A stretch of 62,848 nt of DNA, filler included, from Trypethelium eluteriae (taxonomy: Eukaryota), in NCBI GenBank assembly GCA_051942245.1. It is 2 parts of 2 records of this genome, joined end to end, with 100 filler letters (N's around TTAATTAATTAA, not from the genome) between each part and the next. Parts side by side here need not be neighbours in the genome. Positions count along the whole stretch, not along the records: positions 1 to 31,457 come from JAVECL010000274.1; positions 31,558 to 62,848 come from JAVECL010000275.1. The stretch is one strand, 5' to 3'. A model generated the notes under the pieces. The model saw only the letters and a list, made by a program, of their open reading frames with translations. It was not told the origin of the DNA and did no database searches. How positions within the stretch are numbered: position 1 is the stretch's first letter; each line of letters begins with the position of its first letter. Shown here in pieces: positions 23,432-35,003 of this stretch. Made by a program: the position numbers and the translations under genes.

Positions 23432-25138
23432 TGTTGGTGGTCTATGGCTTGGTTTGGCTGCCACCAACTCGTACCGAGCCTTTGAGTGGCCTTGGCGACG
23501 GCTTCATCGAGGCGGAGTGAATGCGACTCTGGAGACGAGCAAGCCGATGAGCATGAAGCAGGAAAGTGTACCGTATCTCACGAGCCTGGTGGTGCTGGCG
23601 GTTCAGAAGTATGCCTTTGACACTAAGTTGCGATCGATGTCGTAACTGGCGCTAGCCTACCGGCCCCAGGTAATAGACAATTGTATTCCAGACGGTAGCG
23701 GGGAGGCGGCCCTGGTAGATATGGGTGGAAAGGCACGGATAGCTACGTAGTTTGGGGGCGATCAGCAGTAACGAGTAGCCGACTCGCCGAACACGTACCC
23801 CCAAGCAGGAAAGCGTCCGTTGGTCGGTGGGTTGTTTCTTGGCCAGGCGAACCGCGACTGCGCCGTCTGCATCGGTTGTTGCTGCACGCAATCAAGCAAG
23901 TACGCACCTCCGCATGCAAGAAACGATAGCCAGGTAACTAGGTACCCGTAGTAAGTATCTTAATCTTAGTCCAGACCCCTCTTTGATCTTCCAGCCAGGC
24001 TGTCGCTATGGAGGAGCGTCTAGGCCCTCGCTGAGATATCAACAATGCTCGATCCTGGATGGCTAACTGACGCTATATTTTGCCAGCATTGGGTGGGCTG
24101 GACGTCAGCCTGGCTCGTGACTTTCAGATCACAAAGGCGTCTTAAGGTATGAATCTTTGGCTTTGAGGTGATCGGCAATCCGGAGATGAGGCAATTACTT
24201 TTGCCACGAGTTGACCAATCAGCAAATCGTGGAGAAGATAACCTCCGTAATGGACCATCATCCACTGTCGTACATTATTGAAGTGGTACCATCGATTTTG
24301 CAAATGCCGGTGTCATGCGAACTTGTCCATGTTCTCTACCTCGCTGCGATGAAGTCACAAGATGACTCGCAGCATCTTCCCAGCTGCATTTGACTCGTTC
24401 ACCGCCAAAGTGGACCCCACTTCGACACAATGATGCTGTATCAGCATGTTTTCGGGACCCCTTTTCCCGCAGCTTTGACCTGGTACCAACTCATCCCCGC
24501 ACCGACTCTGTTCTACTTGCGCAATGTTCTTATGACGGAGATAAGATGCCAATTGAGTTCGATGTTGATGCCTTTGGTGTCTGGAAGGAAATCGTGCAAC
24601 ACTGTTGATGTAGACTAGACAAACATCTTTTTAGATGATCGTGCGTATCAGAGGCTGAACCTTACCTGCTCTTCAAGTCAACTTCGAAAATGTATTGGGA
24701 GTGTACGATAGTCGAGGGTCTTGGCAGTCGTTGGTAGATGCTGATTGTGGAGCATGGAGAGAACGATACTGAATGTTCACCTCCCATACTCTACGGGCTT
24801 GTGTGGTCGAGACCATGGAATTAATAACTTGTGTTAAGGACTCTTCCATTTCAGAAGATCATCCAGCCTGGAGTTCGACGCATACTGCAGGAATATTTAC
24901 ATTTGCATCCGATCCGAATTGCCAGAATGGGCAAGAATCTGTCCAGGCACATCTCGTGACGCCCCGAGATCCTTCCCGCCTTTTTGCATCTTGTTTGTCG
25001 ATTGGCTTCAAGCCTCCCAGATATCCTAGTCCCTTGTACGTTGCTCGCAACAGAATCACAAACGCACGAGAAACCTGGCTAGGATAGCGAGTGATTCAAC
25101 TTGCACTTCTCCCTGTCTCTCTACAAGTGTGCTTGCAG

Positions 25139-26966
25139 ATGGCTCCTAGTAATCAGCAGCAAACAGCAGCCCTGCAGCGCAGAGGCTCACATGGTCGGCA
25201 GTCTTCTGGCGACCCTACTGGCTTGCACCTCGAAGGCAGGAATAGCAAAAAATCATGCATCGAGCCCGACGTCCACTATACAGTATTTCTTCGATTACCT
25301 TTTACGCGTGGAGACTTCGTAGATCCACTTCCGGTACTTAATGGTAGCTCCGAGAAGCCAACCCTTGCTAACAGCGTAGGTCGATTGGGATGCCGCTAAA
25401 GACAAGGCACTGTGGAAGATCATCTCCCGAGCGTCAAACAGCAAGGACTTGAATTGTGCGTGCCCGTCGGACTCTACATCTCCGTTCTTGGCTGACTTGA
25501 TCTAGGGGATGAGTTGTAAGCTCTGAGATTGTTTCCTGGGTTGCTGTTTCCTCTTACACGCTAATGTATCAGATCTACAAAATTCCAGGTAACCCTACCT
25601 TTCCTTCTCCAGCAAGCAGCGTGGCTCTACGAACGGCATTTTGCCCAAGTTAGGGCACAGATGAAAAAGGTTGGGGCATCAAACGCTCCATCTCCAGTAC
25701 CAAGTTCCGGAAGCGGACCCATAGCTGGTGGCATTGCTATGAAAAGACTGGGAAGTGGAGGTACATGCCACATTTCTGCGAAGATCTCGGTACTGTTGCT
25801 AATGCTGGTGAAGGTTCTCGAGCTCCTTCTGCGCTTTCGACGAGATCCAAAGAAAGTGCAGTGCAGAAGAGTGATGGCAGTGCGCCGAGCACCCCACGGC
25901 CCGGAGGTATGCCTGCACTTCGCTCATCCCCTCTGACGTTTTCTTTTCATTTACGTTCTCGGAGTAGGTGCGCTTTCGCGAACAATATCAAAGGAAACTG
26001 TGACGCAGAGTCGTCATTTTCTCCCTGGAGGTTCCCGCCACCCATTGAGTAAATCAATTCGCTCCCCAAAACCGTCGCAGAAGCCCGAGCAAGCGCAGAA
26101 GATAGCTGACGACGAAGCGCTTGTGGAGGATGGCGAGAACAAATCACGGCTACCGCAAAGCTCTGACGATAGCTCTAGTGAATCCTCTTCAGAATCTGAG
26201 CATTTAGGAGGCCGTAGCCAAATGTTTAGGCGAATGCCCAGATTCTCCAAGAGGCTTGGTGCCCAAAAAGGAGATGCAGCTGGGGATGATGACGATGAAG
26301 TGGACGACGAGCCCGCCTTCTTACCATTGAATAACGAAGGCACTTCCGCTAATCAAGATCCAAGCGCAACTCTCCGCAACCCCCCAGACGCGGGCGAGCG
26401 CATAATGGTGCGCCAACAGCAGAAACCTTCTACTCACCGTACACATTCGCAACCACAACAGCACCACCACCAACGTGCCGAGTCTCTCGGGAGCTCCGAA
26501 AGCTCGACTGCCGCCGGCGGGCCTCAAAGCCAGCGAGCACCTGGCCCGCTGAGTCCGCGTCACCGAGCGGAACTGGCCAAGCTGAGTCCGAGACTGCAAA
26601 GAGGGGCCAGTGATGGGACGCCAAGCATGGGAAGTAGCTTCAGCGATCTAGATGGTGCGCTCAACAGCTCTACGACCTCCCTCCGGTCTGGCTACGACCG
26701 TATCCTACCCAATCGGTGAAGGAAAACAACCGACCACTCTTCTATGAGAGGGCTCTTGGAAGGAATCCGAGTCGGAAGCTGGGGCGGAGAGGAGGTAGGG
26801 AGAAAATTATCCACAGAACGGAAGCGCTGACTGATGTTGAACAGATACAAGCGTGACGCAGTCAGCGCTGGAAGAGGCGCTGCTGAGTAATATCCAGAAC
26901 GGACGTATGGGAAGTCGGATGAGTTCGATTAGTCAGGCGTTAAGGGGAGGTTCACGACAGGTTTGA
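25139..26966 (+). CDS. ATG29: Autophagy-related protein 29
   Basis: YTVFLRLPFTRGDFVDP..DWDAAKDKALW...LNWDELSTKFQVTLPFLLQQAAWLYERH (Atg29 N-domain, including a 10-nt micro-exon at 25506-25515) and C-terminal SMGSSFSDLD|DTSVTQSALEEALLS. Confidence 0.92.
26668..26800 (+). other. Candidate structured RNA element (long stem plus two-hairpin junction) in the last ATG29 intron (26655-26844)
   Basis: Manual pairing: 26668-26712 with 26756-26800 (~35 bp with G-U pairs and bulges), enclosing TCGGT/ACCGA (26713-26733) and CTCT/AGAG (26737-26750) hairpins. Confidence 0.55.
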
Positions 26967-27753
26967 ATCTTAGATTTATGACCAATTAAGAGGCCACCTT
27001 ACGTATCAGTGATGCCCGTCAGATTCTTGCATCACCTTTCTGTGCAAACTGTTGGGGGTTTAGGGAAACTGCAATCCACAGCGACTTGAATTCAGGAATC
27101 GTGTCTGTAAAGAGGATAAGAGCGTTCGCAAAAGCCACTAATGGGATGAGTACCACAGTATCTTATCAAGGGTTCTGGCTCTCCCTCTGTTGAATTTGAG
27201 CATGATAAGTTTGACATCGTCTCTCTGTCGTATCAATGGCGCAGTATTTGATCGGAGCACATGGCAGCTCCTCACTGGAGAGAAGATTGCTTCATTGTGA
27301 CGGCTGATACTCTCTCCCACGCCTAGATGAAAACACAACAGGGCTGCCATGGACCTCATCTGCAAGGCCCAAGGCCTTGGCTTGAATAATCCTGCGGCCC
27401 TCGGAGCACTTCCAAAAGATGTCACATACCGCAGATCATCGAACCTTTCATTGAGAATCCCATATGTCTCAAAAGGCGCAAGGCGCAAGGCGCTCGCCAG
27501 AACCCTCCTCACAGTTGGGGGTAGAGAGAATGCCAACGTTTCTGGGCAGCAGATAGGAAATAAGCACAGATGAAGCTGAGCTAAGGAAAGACACTATGCC
27601 TACCCTGGGCCAGACTAAGGCTTCTAGAAACAAATCTGCAGCCGAGCGGACGTGTTACTCGGTGAAATCCCGCTGTACCGCAAGACACAGGCTGTCACAC
27701 GGCCTTGGGGCGTAGCGGCAGTGCGCACGTGTAGTTTGGAAGTGCCCGCAAAT

Positions 27754-27783
27754 GCTTAGCTTAGCTTAGCTTAGGTACCTAAG
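27754..27783. repeat. (GCTTA)4 microsatellite running into the palindrome CTTAGGTACCTAAG
   Basis: Read directly from the sequence. Confidence 0.8.
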
Positions 27784-28959
27784 GCACAGAAGGTACTCCG
27801 TATCCGAGCTCTTATCAGGATGCACTACAGGGATCTCGCAAACTAAAAAAACCTGGCCGCGTGTATGAACTTACAAACCATAAAAGAGGTATCTTCAGAC
27901 ATCACCACGACGACGCTGAGCATGGCAGAAACCAAGATGTGACCTAGAGTGAAAGATGGAAAGGCTTTTGTCAATCAGATCACAGACCCTGCAGGACCTA
28001 ATCCGGAAGGTTATTGAGCGGCTAATGTAGGGTGAGAACGGTTCCTGGAATCCTTCCAGATCGGCTCAGTGGGGCTGAAAGGGGAGCCTTGATTTTAAGA
28101 TTAATTACTCGGTACATCAATACTGTCATACGAAAGTTTAGACCGTCTGCAGAGCAAGTATGCCGGAAGAATTTTCATCTTACGGATGTTATCACCTCAG
28201 CGAATGAGGCTGTAGTGAGGTTCGGAAAAGGTCTGTGTCAAGAAACCATGGTGGGAAGTTAATCTGTAATGTCTGGAGTAGATAGCAAGGATAGTAGCAG
28301 AGGGTACATAACAAATGTTGGCGAGGCACAAGGCACGAGGCAATAGGAATGAAGTAAGAGGCAAGAGGCAAGGAGCAAGAGGCAGTGATGGAAACGGCCG
28401 AAGCCGGTCAATAAGGTAATACCATTCAAATCATGACAGTTGCGGTCGGAAGTGTTGCGCGCAGTTCCCTGAATGCTCCTGACGATGCACGTCGCGGTGC
28501 TGCGGGTCGATGCTGGCCAATGAGATGCGCTGAATCCCCGTTGAGGCAGTCGCGCCCGGGCCCCGGCTCTCCTCTGCCAACCACTTTCTGACCTTGTTCT
28601 CCGCCAACACCACCGCTCCATCTCCCTTCCCGCTGTCTTCGACGCTGGTCTGCTCTGTCGAGCGCCGTCGATACTTACTTGCAATTACACTTCCACTTCC
28701 ACTTCCACATTTTCATTTTCAATATCCTCATTTTTCATTCGAGTTTCCTACTCTGCCTCTCTTTTGATATACTTTGTAACCAGCTCTCTCCTTCACCACC
28801 ACCACTTTCGGCCCTCGCCAATGCCATCCCTAATCCTAATTCGCCAACTCCGTGTCCTCGCTTCACGGCACTAATCGCTCCTTCAATTACTCCATTCACC
28901 TCGACAGTGCTATCCACCGCGGTCAGAAGCCAGTCTCCCGTCGCTCGTCGCTCGTCGCG

Positions 28960-31457
28960 ATGCTCCGGCCGGCCACTCCCCTCTCCATCCTCTTCTTCGC
29001 GGCCTTCGTATTACTCCTCCTCTCCACACTCTCAACCCCGATAATCAAGGCTATACCATTAGCGACATTTCAAGGTGTTGACTTTGGTGTCTTTGGCTAT
29101 TGTCAACCAGGAAACAAATGCACCGGCTTACGCGTGGGATACAATATCGGTACGCATGACCCCCAAATCCTGCTCGAACGCTGTTTCAGACGACTTCTCT
29201 TGCCCTCGCAACTCAGGTCTACCTCCTTCATGTGACCTGCCATACAATTTCGTCCCTTGACATACACATCTTTTGCTAGATACTAATCTCTTGACTCGTC
29301 TTAGATGGACTTTTCTCCAACTCAGCAAACTCGGACTTTTCCCTCCCCTCCTCGGCTCGACATTCGCTCTCTTCCATTCTTATCGTCCATCCCATCGCCG
29401 CCCTCTTGACTCTCATTTGTTTCGGCCTATCAGTCGCGGCCCATTTCCACTCCCCCGCCCATTCTTCACGGTATCTTCTAGTGCTCCTTATCCTAACCTT
29501 CCCGACTCTGCTCATCTCCCTGCTCGCCTTCTTGGTGGACCTACTGCTATTTGTCCCTCATCTGAATTGGGGAGGATGGATTGTGTTAGCGGCCACCATT
29601 CTCGTCGTCGCCAGTGGTGTCGTCACTTGTGCCATGAGACGAACTCTGGTATCCAGAAAGGCCCGGAAGAAGCGGATAGCAGAAAATGCAGAGATGAACG
29701 GAGAAAATTACTATGCTAATCGCGCCGCTACAGCTGCTGTCGCTACAGAAGATCTCTCGCTGGCCAAAGCTGAATCTCCTCCACCAACTTCCGCCACATT
29801 AGCAGATAAAACACCGTCATCGTTCGCAACTTATGACATTTCAAAAGAAACAAGACCTAGCCTAAGCAATGACGATCGTACGCCTCTGAACCCAAGGAAT
29901 CCGTCCATTCGATCAACACCATCTGAGCGAGAACGAAGGGCAAATGAAGCCGGCGCGCCGCCCACACCACGCATAGGACCGGGACCAGGTCCTGGTATGG
30001 GACGAGGCGGTCCCAGGGATCAATATGGCAATCCAATACCCATGGGACCAGGCATGATTCGTCAAGACTCGCAGAGTACAATGGGTTCCGGGCGAGGAGG
30101 TGGACCAGCATTTTACGGCAGGGGCAGAGGCGGTTACCCACCACCAGGTGCTTTGCGAGGAGGGTTCGGACCACAACGAGGAGGCTACTCTGGCCCTGGA
30201 AGAGGTGGATACGGTCCTGGACCGATGCGAGGTGGTCCTCAAGGAATGAGAGGTCCGCCACCTCCACAAGGACCTTACGGACCGGGAGGTGGTCGGGGAG
30301 GCATGGGAGGCATGGGAGGCATGGGAGGTATGGCTCCGATGGCTGCCGGTGCAATGGGTGGTATGGCTGCTGGTGCGATGATGGGGCGTGGTCGAGGAGG
30401 ACCGCCGCCGCCTGGCTACGACAACAGAATGTACGGCGGAGGGCGAGGGCAGTCCCCAGAGAGAGGCTTTGAAAGGGATCCATCTCCACCACCTACAATA
30501 CCGGATGACCAAGGCATGGTTGGCCAGGCTATTGAGATGGACGCACGAACGGGCAGTCCAGCTCGAAGCCCTGTGAAACCTGGATTCGGGTTCCGTGATA
30601 GCGATAGCGATCTGAATGGCATGGTGGCGCTACAGGGAGGTTCGAGAGACGCGTCAAACAGTCCTCTACGGCAGCATGATAGTGTGAGCTCTCCAACGAG
30701 CGAATACTCTGAGTAAGTTCCCTACTGTCTTTATAATTTGCTTCCTGTGCCCTTCGGTATCTCTTGCATATCCCTGCAAACCCTTGACTTATCTTTACTA
30801 GTCCTCACACATCGTTCGTTCCTGCTCGCGCAAATTGGAATAGGCCCCCGCCTCGAGAAATCACTGAATTAGATAACGGACTTCCCACTATCGAAGGCTC
30901 TCCAGTTGAGCTTCCCACTCAACAGTTCCGTGAAGCTCCACGCTCTTCGCCTTCGCCTGCTGGCGGTGCCGGAACAGCGCCCCGAAAAGTTCGATCATTC
31001 TCCCGTCCGCGATCCCCCAATGAATCATCGCCTGAACCGATGCCCTCGAGAACGCCTCCACCAAGAACAACAACCCCGCGTTCTGCAGGCGGTCACGTTC
31101 GAGGCGGATCTGAATCATATTATGAGGATGTAGACCCTCGTTTCGCCGACTCAGATCCTGTACCTCCAAATGCAGGGCTGCCTGCCGCATTGCAAGCCGG
31201 CTTCAACCGCAGCAGTCCCGTCAGCAACGACAGAAGCATGCTACCCAGCCAAATCGGTCCCGCACCGACGGCCAGGCTACCAAGCCCGCCTAGCAGACCA
31301 GGTACGGCACCCTCCACAGGCCACTCACGAAGCCGCCAAGGCAGCAGAGGAAATAACGAATACCCGCAGGCATCTACAACTCCGCCAACCGGTTTTAACA
31401 ACAATAACAACAACACCCCTCCTTCCCTTACTGCTCTTGCTACTAACGACAGGATGG
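28960..31457 (+). CDS. palI: pH-response regulator PalI/Rim9 (SUR7/PalI family), 3' end lost in the gap
   Basis: MLRPATPLSILFFAAFVLLLLS...FGVFGYC...LIVHPIAALLTLIC...AFLVDLLLFVPHLNWGGW...CAMRRTLVSRKARKKRIAENAEM, long Gly/Pro/Arg tail, YYEDVDPRF. Confidence 0.94.
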
Positions 31458-31557
31458 NNNNNNNNNNNNNNNNNNNNNNNNNNNNNNNNNNNNNNNNNNN
31501 NTTAATTAATTAANNNNNNNNNNNNNNNNNNNNNNNNNNNNNNNNNNNNNNNNNNNN
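31458..31557. other. Assembly gap / contig linker (N44-TTAATTAATTAA-N44)
   Basis: 100-nt spacer with a six-frame-stop palindrome in the middle; the genes on both sides (palI, HEM3) are truncated at it. Confidence 0.97.
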
Positions 31558-31910
31558 GCCTTGTGGTGGGGGTACGGGATGAGTGGATTTGGCACACCTT
31601 TCAAGCTGTGGACAATCATGTCCAGCGTGCCATCGAGGAGGAGCACTTCTAGATCCTTGGTCCAAAGGCTCTTGGCATTGAATTCTGGCAATGGCGTCAC
31701 TTTGTCCCTGTCACCCAGCGTCTTCATGGAGTGAACTGCATAGTGCTGGTCTGGCCATGCTTGTTTGAGGGCGTTCTCAACTTCGTTGGTCTGTACGAGC
31801 GCGAGCACGGAGCTGCGAGTGCCAATTGTCACCTTTTGAGTAGAAGGACCGGTGTCGGATTGTGGCTCGGGAATTGTCGAGGCTGGATTGAAATTCGGCT
31901 CGGTGGTCAT
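31558..31910 (-). CDS. HEM3: Porphobilinogen deaminase, N-terminal exon only (rest lost in the gap)
   Basis: IGTRSSVLALVQT...MKTLGDRDK...KSLWTKDLE...DMIVHSLK, followed by an intron donor at ~31597. Confidence 0.93.
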
Positions 31911-33024
31911 GTTCGGAAAAAAATGTGACGCGGAATTGCAGCGATGCGCCTGCAATATTTCTACTCTGGAGGTACCTACTCTACTCTACAGCTTCATCCG
32001 CTTTTTCTTTGCAAAATGAAAAAAGAAAACTGTACCGAATCTCGTCGTCTCGGAATCTCAATGCCTAAATTACCAATTTGAGTATCTTAAAATTTCAATG
32101 CTATGCGTGTCAGTGTACAATCTGCTTCTCTCCTTGTCATCAATGTCACGGTAAGATTAGCAGGAAAACCAAGAGCAAGCAACGTCACAGACGGAAAGTA
32201 GCTACTCGAGAACTATTTCAGTCCTTTGGTCGTATTGGAGGGCATCATTACGCAGTTCAATATGATGTAATCCAACCGAAACCGTTCAACATCTCTCAGA
32301 CAAGGTATTATTGCACTGATCTCTTGGATCGAGTCAATCGCACGATGCAAATCGCGATCAGTAAACTTCAGCCTCACCATCGTCGAGAAGACTTTAGTAG
32401 CCTTTGGTCTACTATTAGGCCCACCTGAAGACTGAACGCCTTCGGTAATGTTTTCGCAAACAATCTTCAATCACATTACAGCAAAGTAGTCGTCAGTGAC
32501 CAACGTCTGTACATAACCAAAATATTTCGTCGACTCTATCGTTAAAGTTCGCAGCACCAGGTATGAGCCAGTAGGAACGCAATCAACATTCTTCCAAGGC
32601 TGAAGAAAGAGACGGTATGTGCAACCCAAGGCAGGTCTAGCAAATTTTGACCCGGCTCGTGCTTACTCTACTCTACTAGATCCATCGAAGAACCCCTCAG
32701 CCAATTTCTGCCCACCGACATGCATCATTACACTGTGGCACAGCAGCAATTTTAGGCCCCTCTGCTTGGCTACCGCATCTATCGGTGTGTTTCCGGTTAA
32801 GAGCTGATTGCGCTATTGCGTAGTAGCCTTCCAATAGTCCTGAAATCATATATCTCTCGCAACCCATGTGCCTTAGGACAATCGAATAAGGCGTCCGTAG
32901 CGTTTCTTTTCGAGAGACAAAACGGCGCAGCTGAGGCCGTGGATTTCGTAATTAGCTAACGCCCAGCTTTGCGTTATTCTGACTCCCAAACTTTTGAGTT
33001 GCTGTTATTCCGCTGATATCAAAA

Positions 33025-34465
33025 ATGTCAACAGAAGTAGAAGCGATTATCAATCGACTGACGCTACTTAAAGGTGATGGAGAATTGACAGAAAATGCTA
33101 CTGCACAAACAGAAGCACTGCATCTGAGCAAACAGCTCCAATTTGCGCTTCAAAAGCCCGAAGATGCTGCCCTGGAATTGAGTTTCTGGGTTCGAAGCTT
33201 CCCATCCATTGCAAAAGCTCTGCGAGCAACTGACACTTCCACTCTTAGCCCTCTTACGCATTCTGCGCTCGTCTAGCCATCGATCTTGATCTGTTCAAGC
33301 TAATATCAGACGGCAGCGGCACTGTATCCTCGGGACAGCTTGCGAGCGCATCTGGTGGAGAGGAGCTCTTGATCAGTAAGCTTGTGTGTGCGTTCGGAAG
33401 GATAACTTCTTTGCTAACGATCCGAATTTTGAGTTCGAATACTCAGAGGACTTTCTGCCATTGGGTTTGTCAAAGAAGTCGAGGAAAGCCGGTGGGCGGC
33501 TACTCCGTTAACAAGGGCGATGGCCATTCCACCTGTTGCCGCAGGACATGTGCACTTGTAAGAATGAGCGGGTACTACTCCCTCCAATACCGGCTAACAT
33601 CTTGTTCCTCTGGCACTCATAGCTGGGACCAAGGTGTAGGCACAATGGCAAGCATGCCCCAATACTTCAGGATCAATGGTTACAGATGTCCGACTGATCC
33701 CTTGGACGGTTCATTCCAGTATGCATTTCAGACCAAGCAAGAGGCCTTCAGTTACTGGCATCAGTTTCCTTCAATACTCGGCAACTTCAACACGTTCATG
33801 CAAGGCGTTCGCGGCTCACGTCCCCAATGGATCGAGTGGTTCCCGGTCCGAGAGCGTATCCTCGCCGGTTTTGAGGAGCGTCAAGATGCCGTTTTGCTCA
33901 TTGACGTGGCCGGGGGGAGGGGTCATGATGTTGAAGCTTTCAAACACAAGTTTTCAGAGGTAAAAGGGAAGCTCATTCTGCAAGATTTGCCGGCCGTGAT
34001 TAGCGACATCAAGACGCTGGATGAAGATATCCAGCGTCAAGAGTATGACTTTTTTACCCCCCAGACTATCCAAGGTATATGCGCCTTTCTTATTACATCA
34101 AGTATTCGTACGCATTGTAGTGTCAGATCAGAAAGACTGATATTCAGCTTTAAGGCGCTCGAGTCTACTTCTTCCATTTCATTTTTCATGATTGGTCCGA
34201 CGAAGCTTGCCTCAAGATTCTCTCGAATACTGTATCGGCCATGAAAAAGGGGTACTCCAAGATCCTGCTGAACGAATTCATACTCCCGGACAGAGGGTGT
34301 CCACTTCTACCGATCGGCATGGATTTGAACATGATGGCCATGCACGCCGGCCAGGAGCGAACTGAGAACCAATGGCGGGCCTTGTTGGTGAAGGCGGGCC
34401 TTGAGCCGACATTTTGGTTTTCGAACGGGGGTGCCGAAGGGATCATCGAGGCACATTTAAGCTAG
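33025..34465 (+). CDS. SAM-dependent O-methyltransferase (COMT / class II type)
   Basis: N-terminal dimerisation region, LLIDVAGGRGHD, LILQDLP, YDFFTPQ, FIFHDW, ILLNE, DLNMM...GQERT..QW; four introns. Confidence 0.93.
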
Positions 34466-35003
34466 GGAACGGATTCTCCGTGACATACATCTGCATATTT
34501 GCCCGATTGAGTCTCCAATGAAACTAGTCGACTCTAGGAAGTCAAACAATCCGTGACCTTGAAGCCTCGGAGTATGAAACGTAGACATCATAATAGATCT
34601 GCAACGAAAATATTGGACCGCCACGTGCTATCCCTATCTCAGCATACTTTTCGGCCACGAGGCGTTCGGTGATGGCGGCATATGAGTGAGCTGACTTGCT
34701 TGGCGTACTAATAACAGGATTTGTATATGTACAATGCTATAGAAGATTAATTACACATCCAAAATGCGGCTTCATGATCCAGCATTCGTAGTCCACATAA
34801 TGCAGTCTAGCATCATCATTCATTTTTTCCTTCTCGCTTTAACGCCATATCAAACCCATTTCCTGGAGTCCCTGTATGCTAGAACGCTTGCCATAGTCAA
34901 GTTCAATAATCCATCCCTGCGCGGTCATCGATAATGTTGATGATGCCAGTCTCATCGTGTCAATGCCAAAATCATGTCGAGCGGAGCTGTTTTCCCACAA
35001 GTG

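Noticed and set aside
31502..31513. Perfect palindrome TTAATTAATTAA
   Set aside because: Assembly spacer, not biological.
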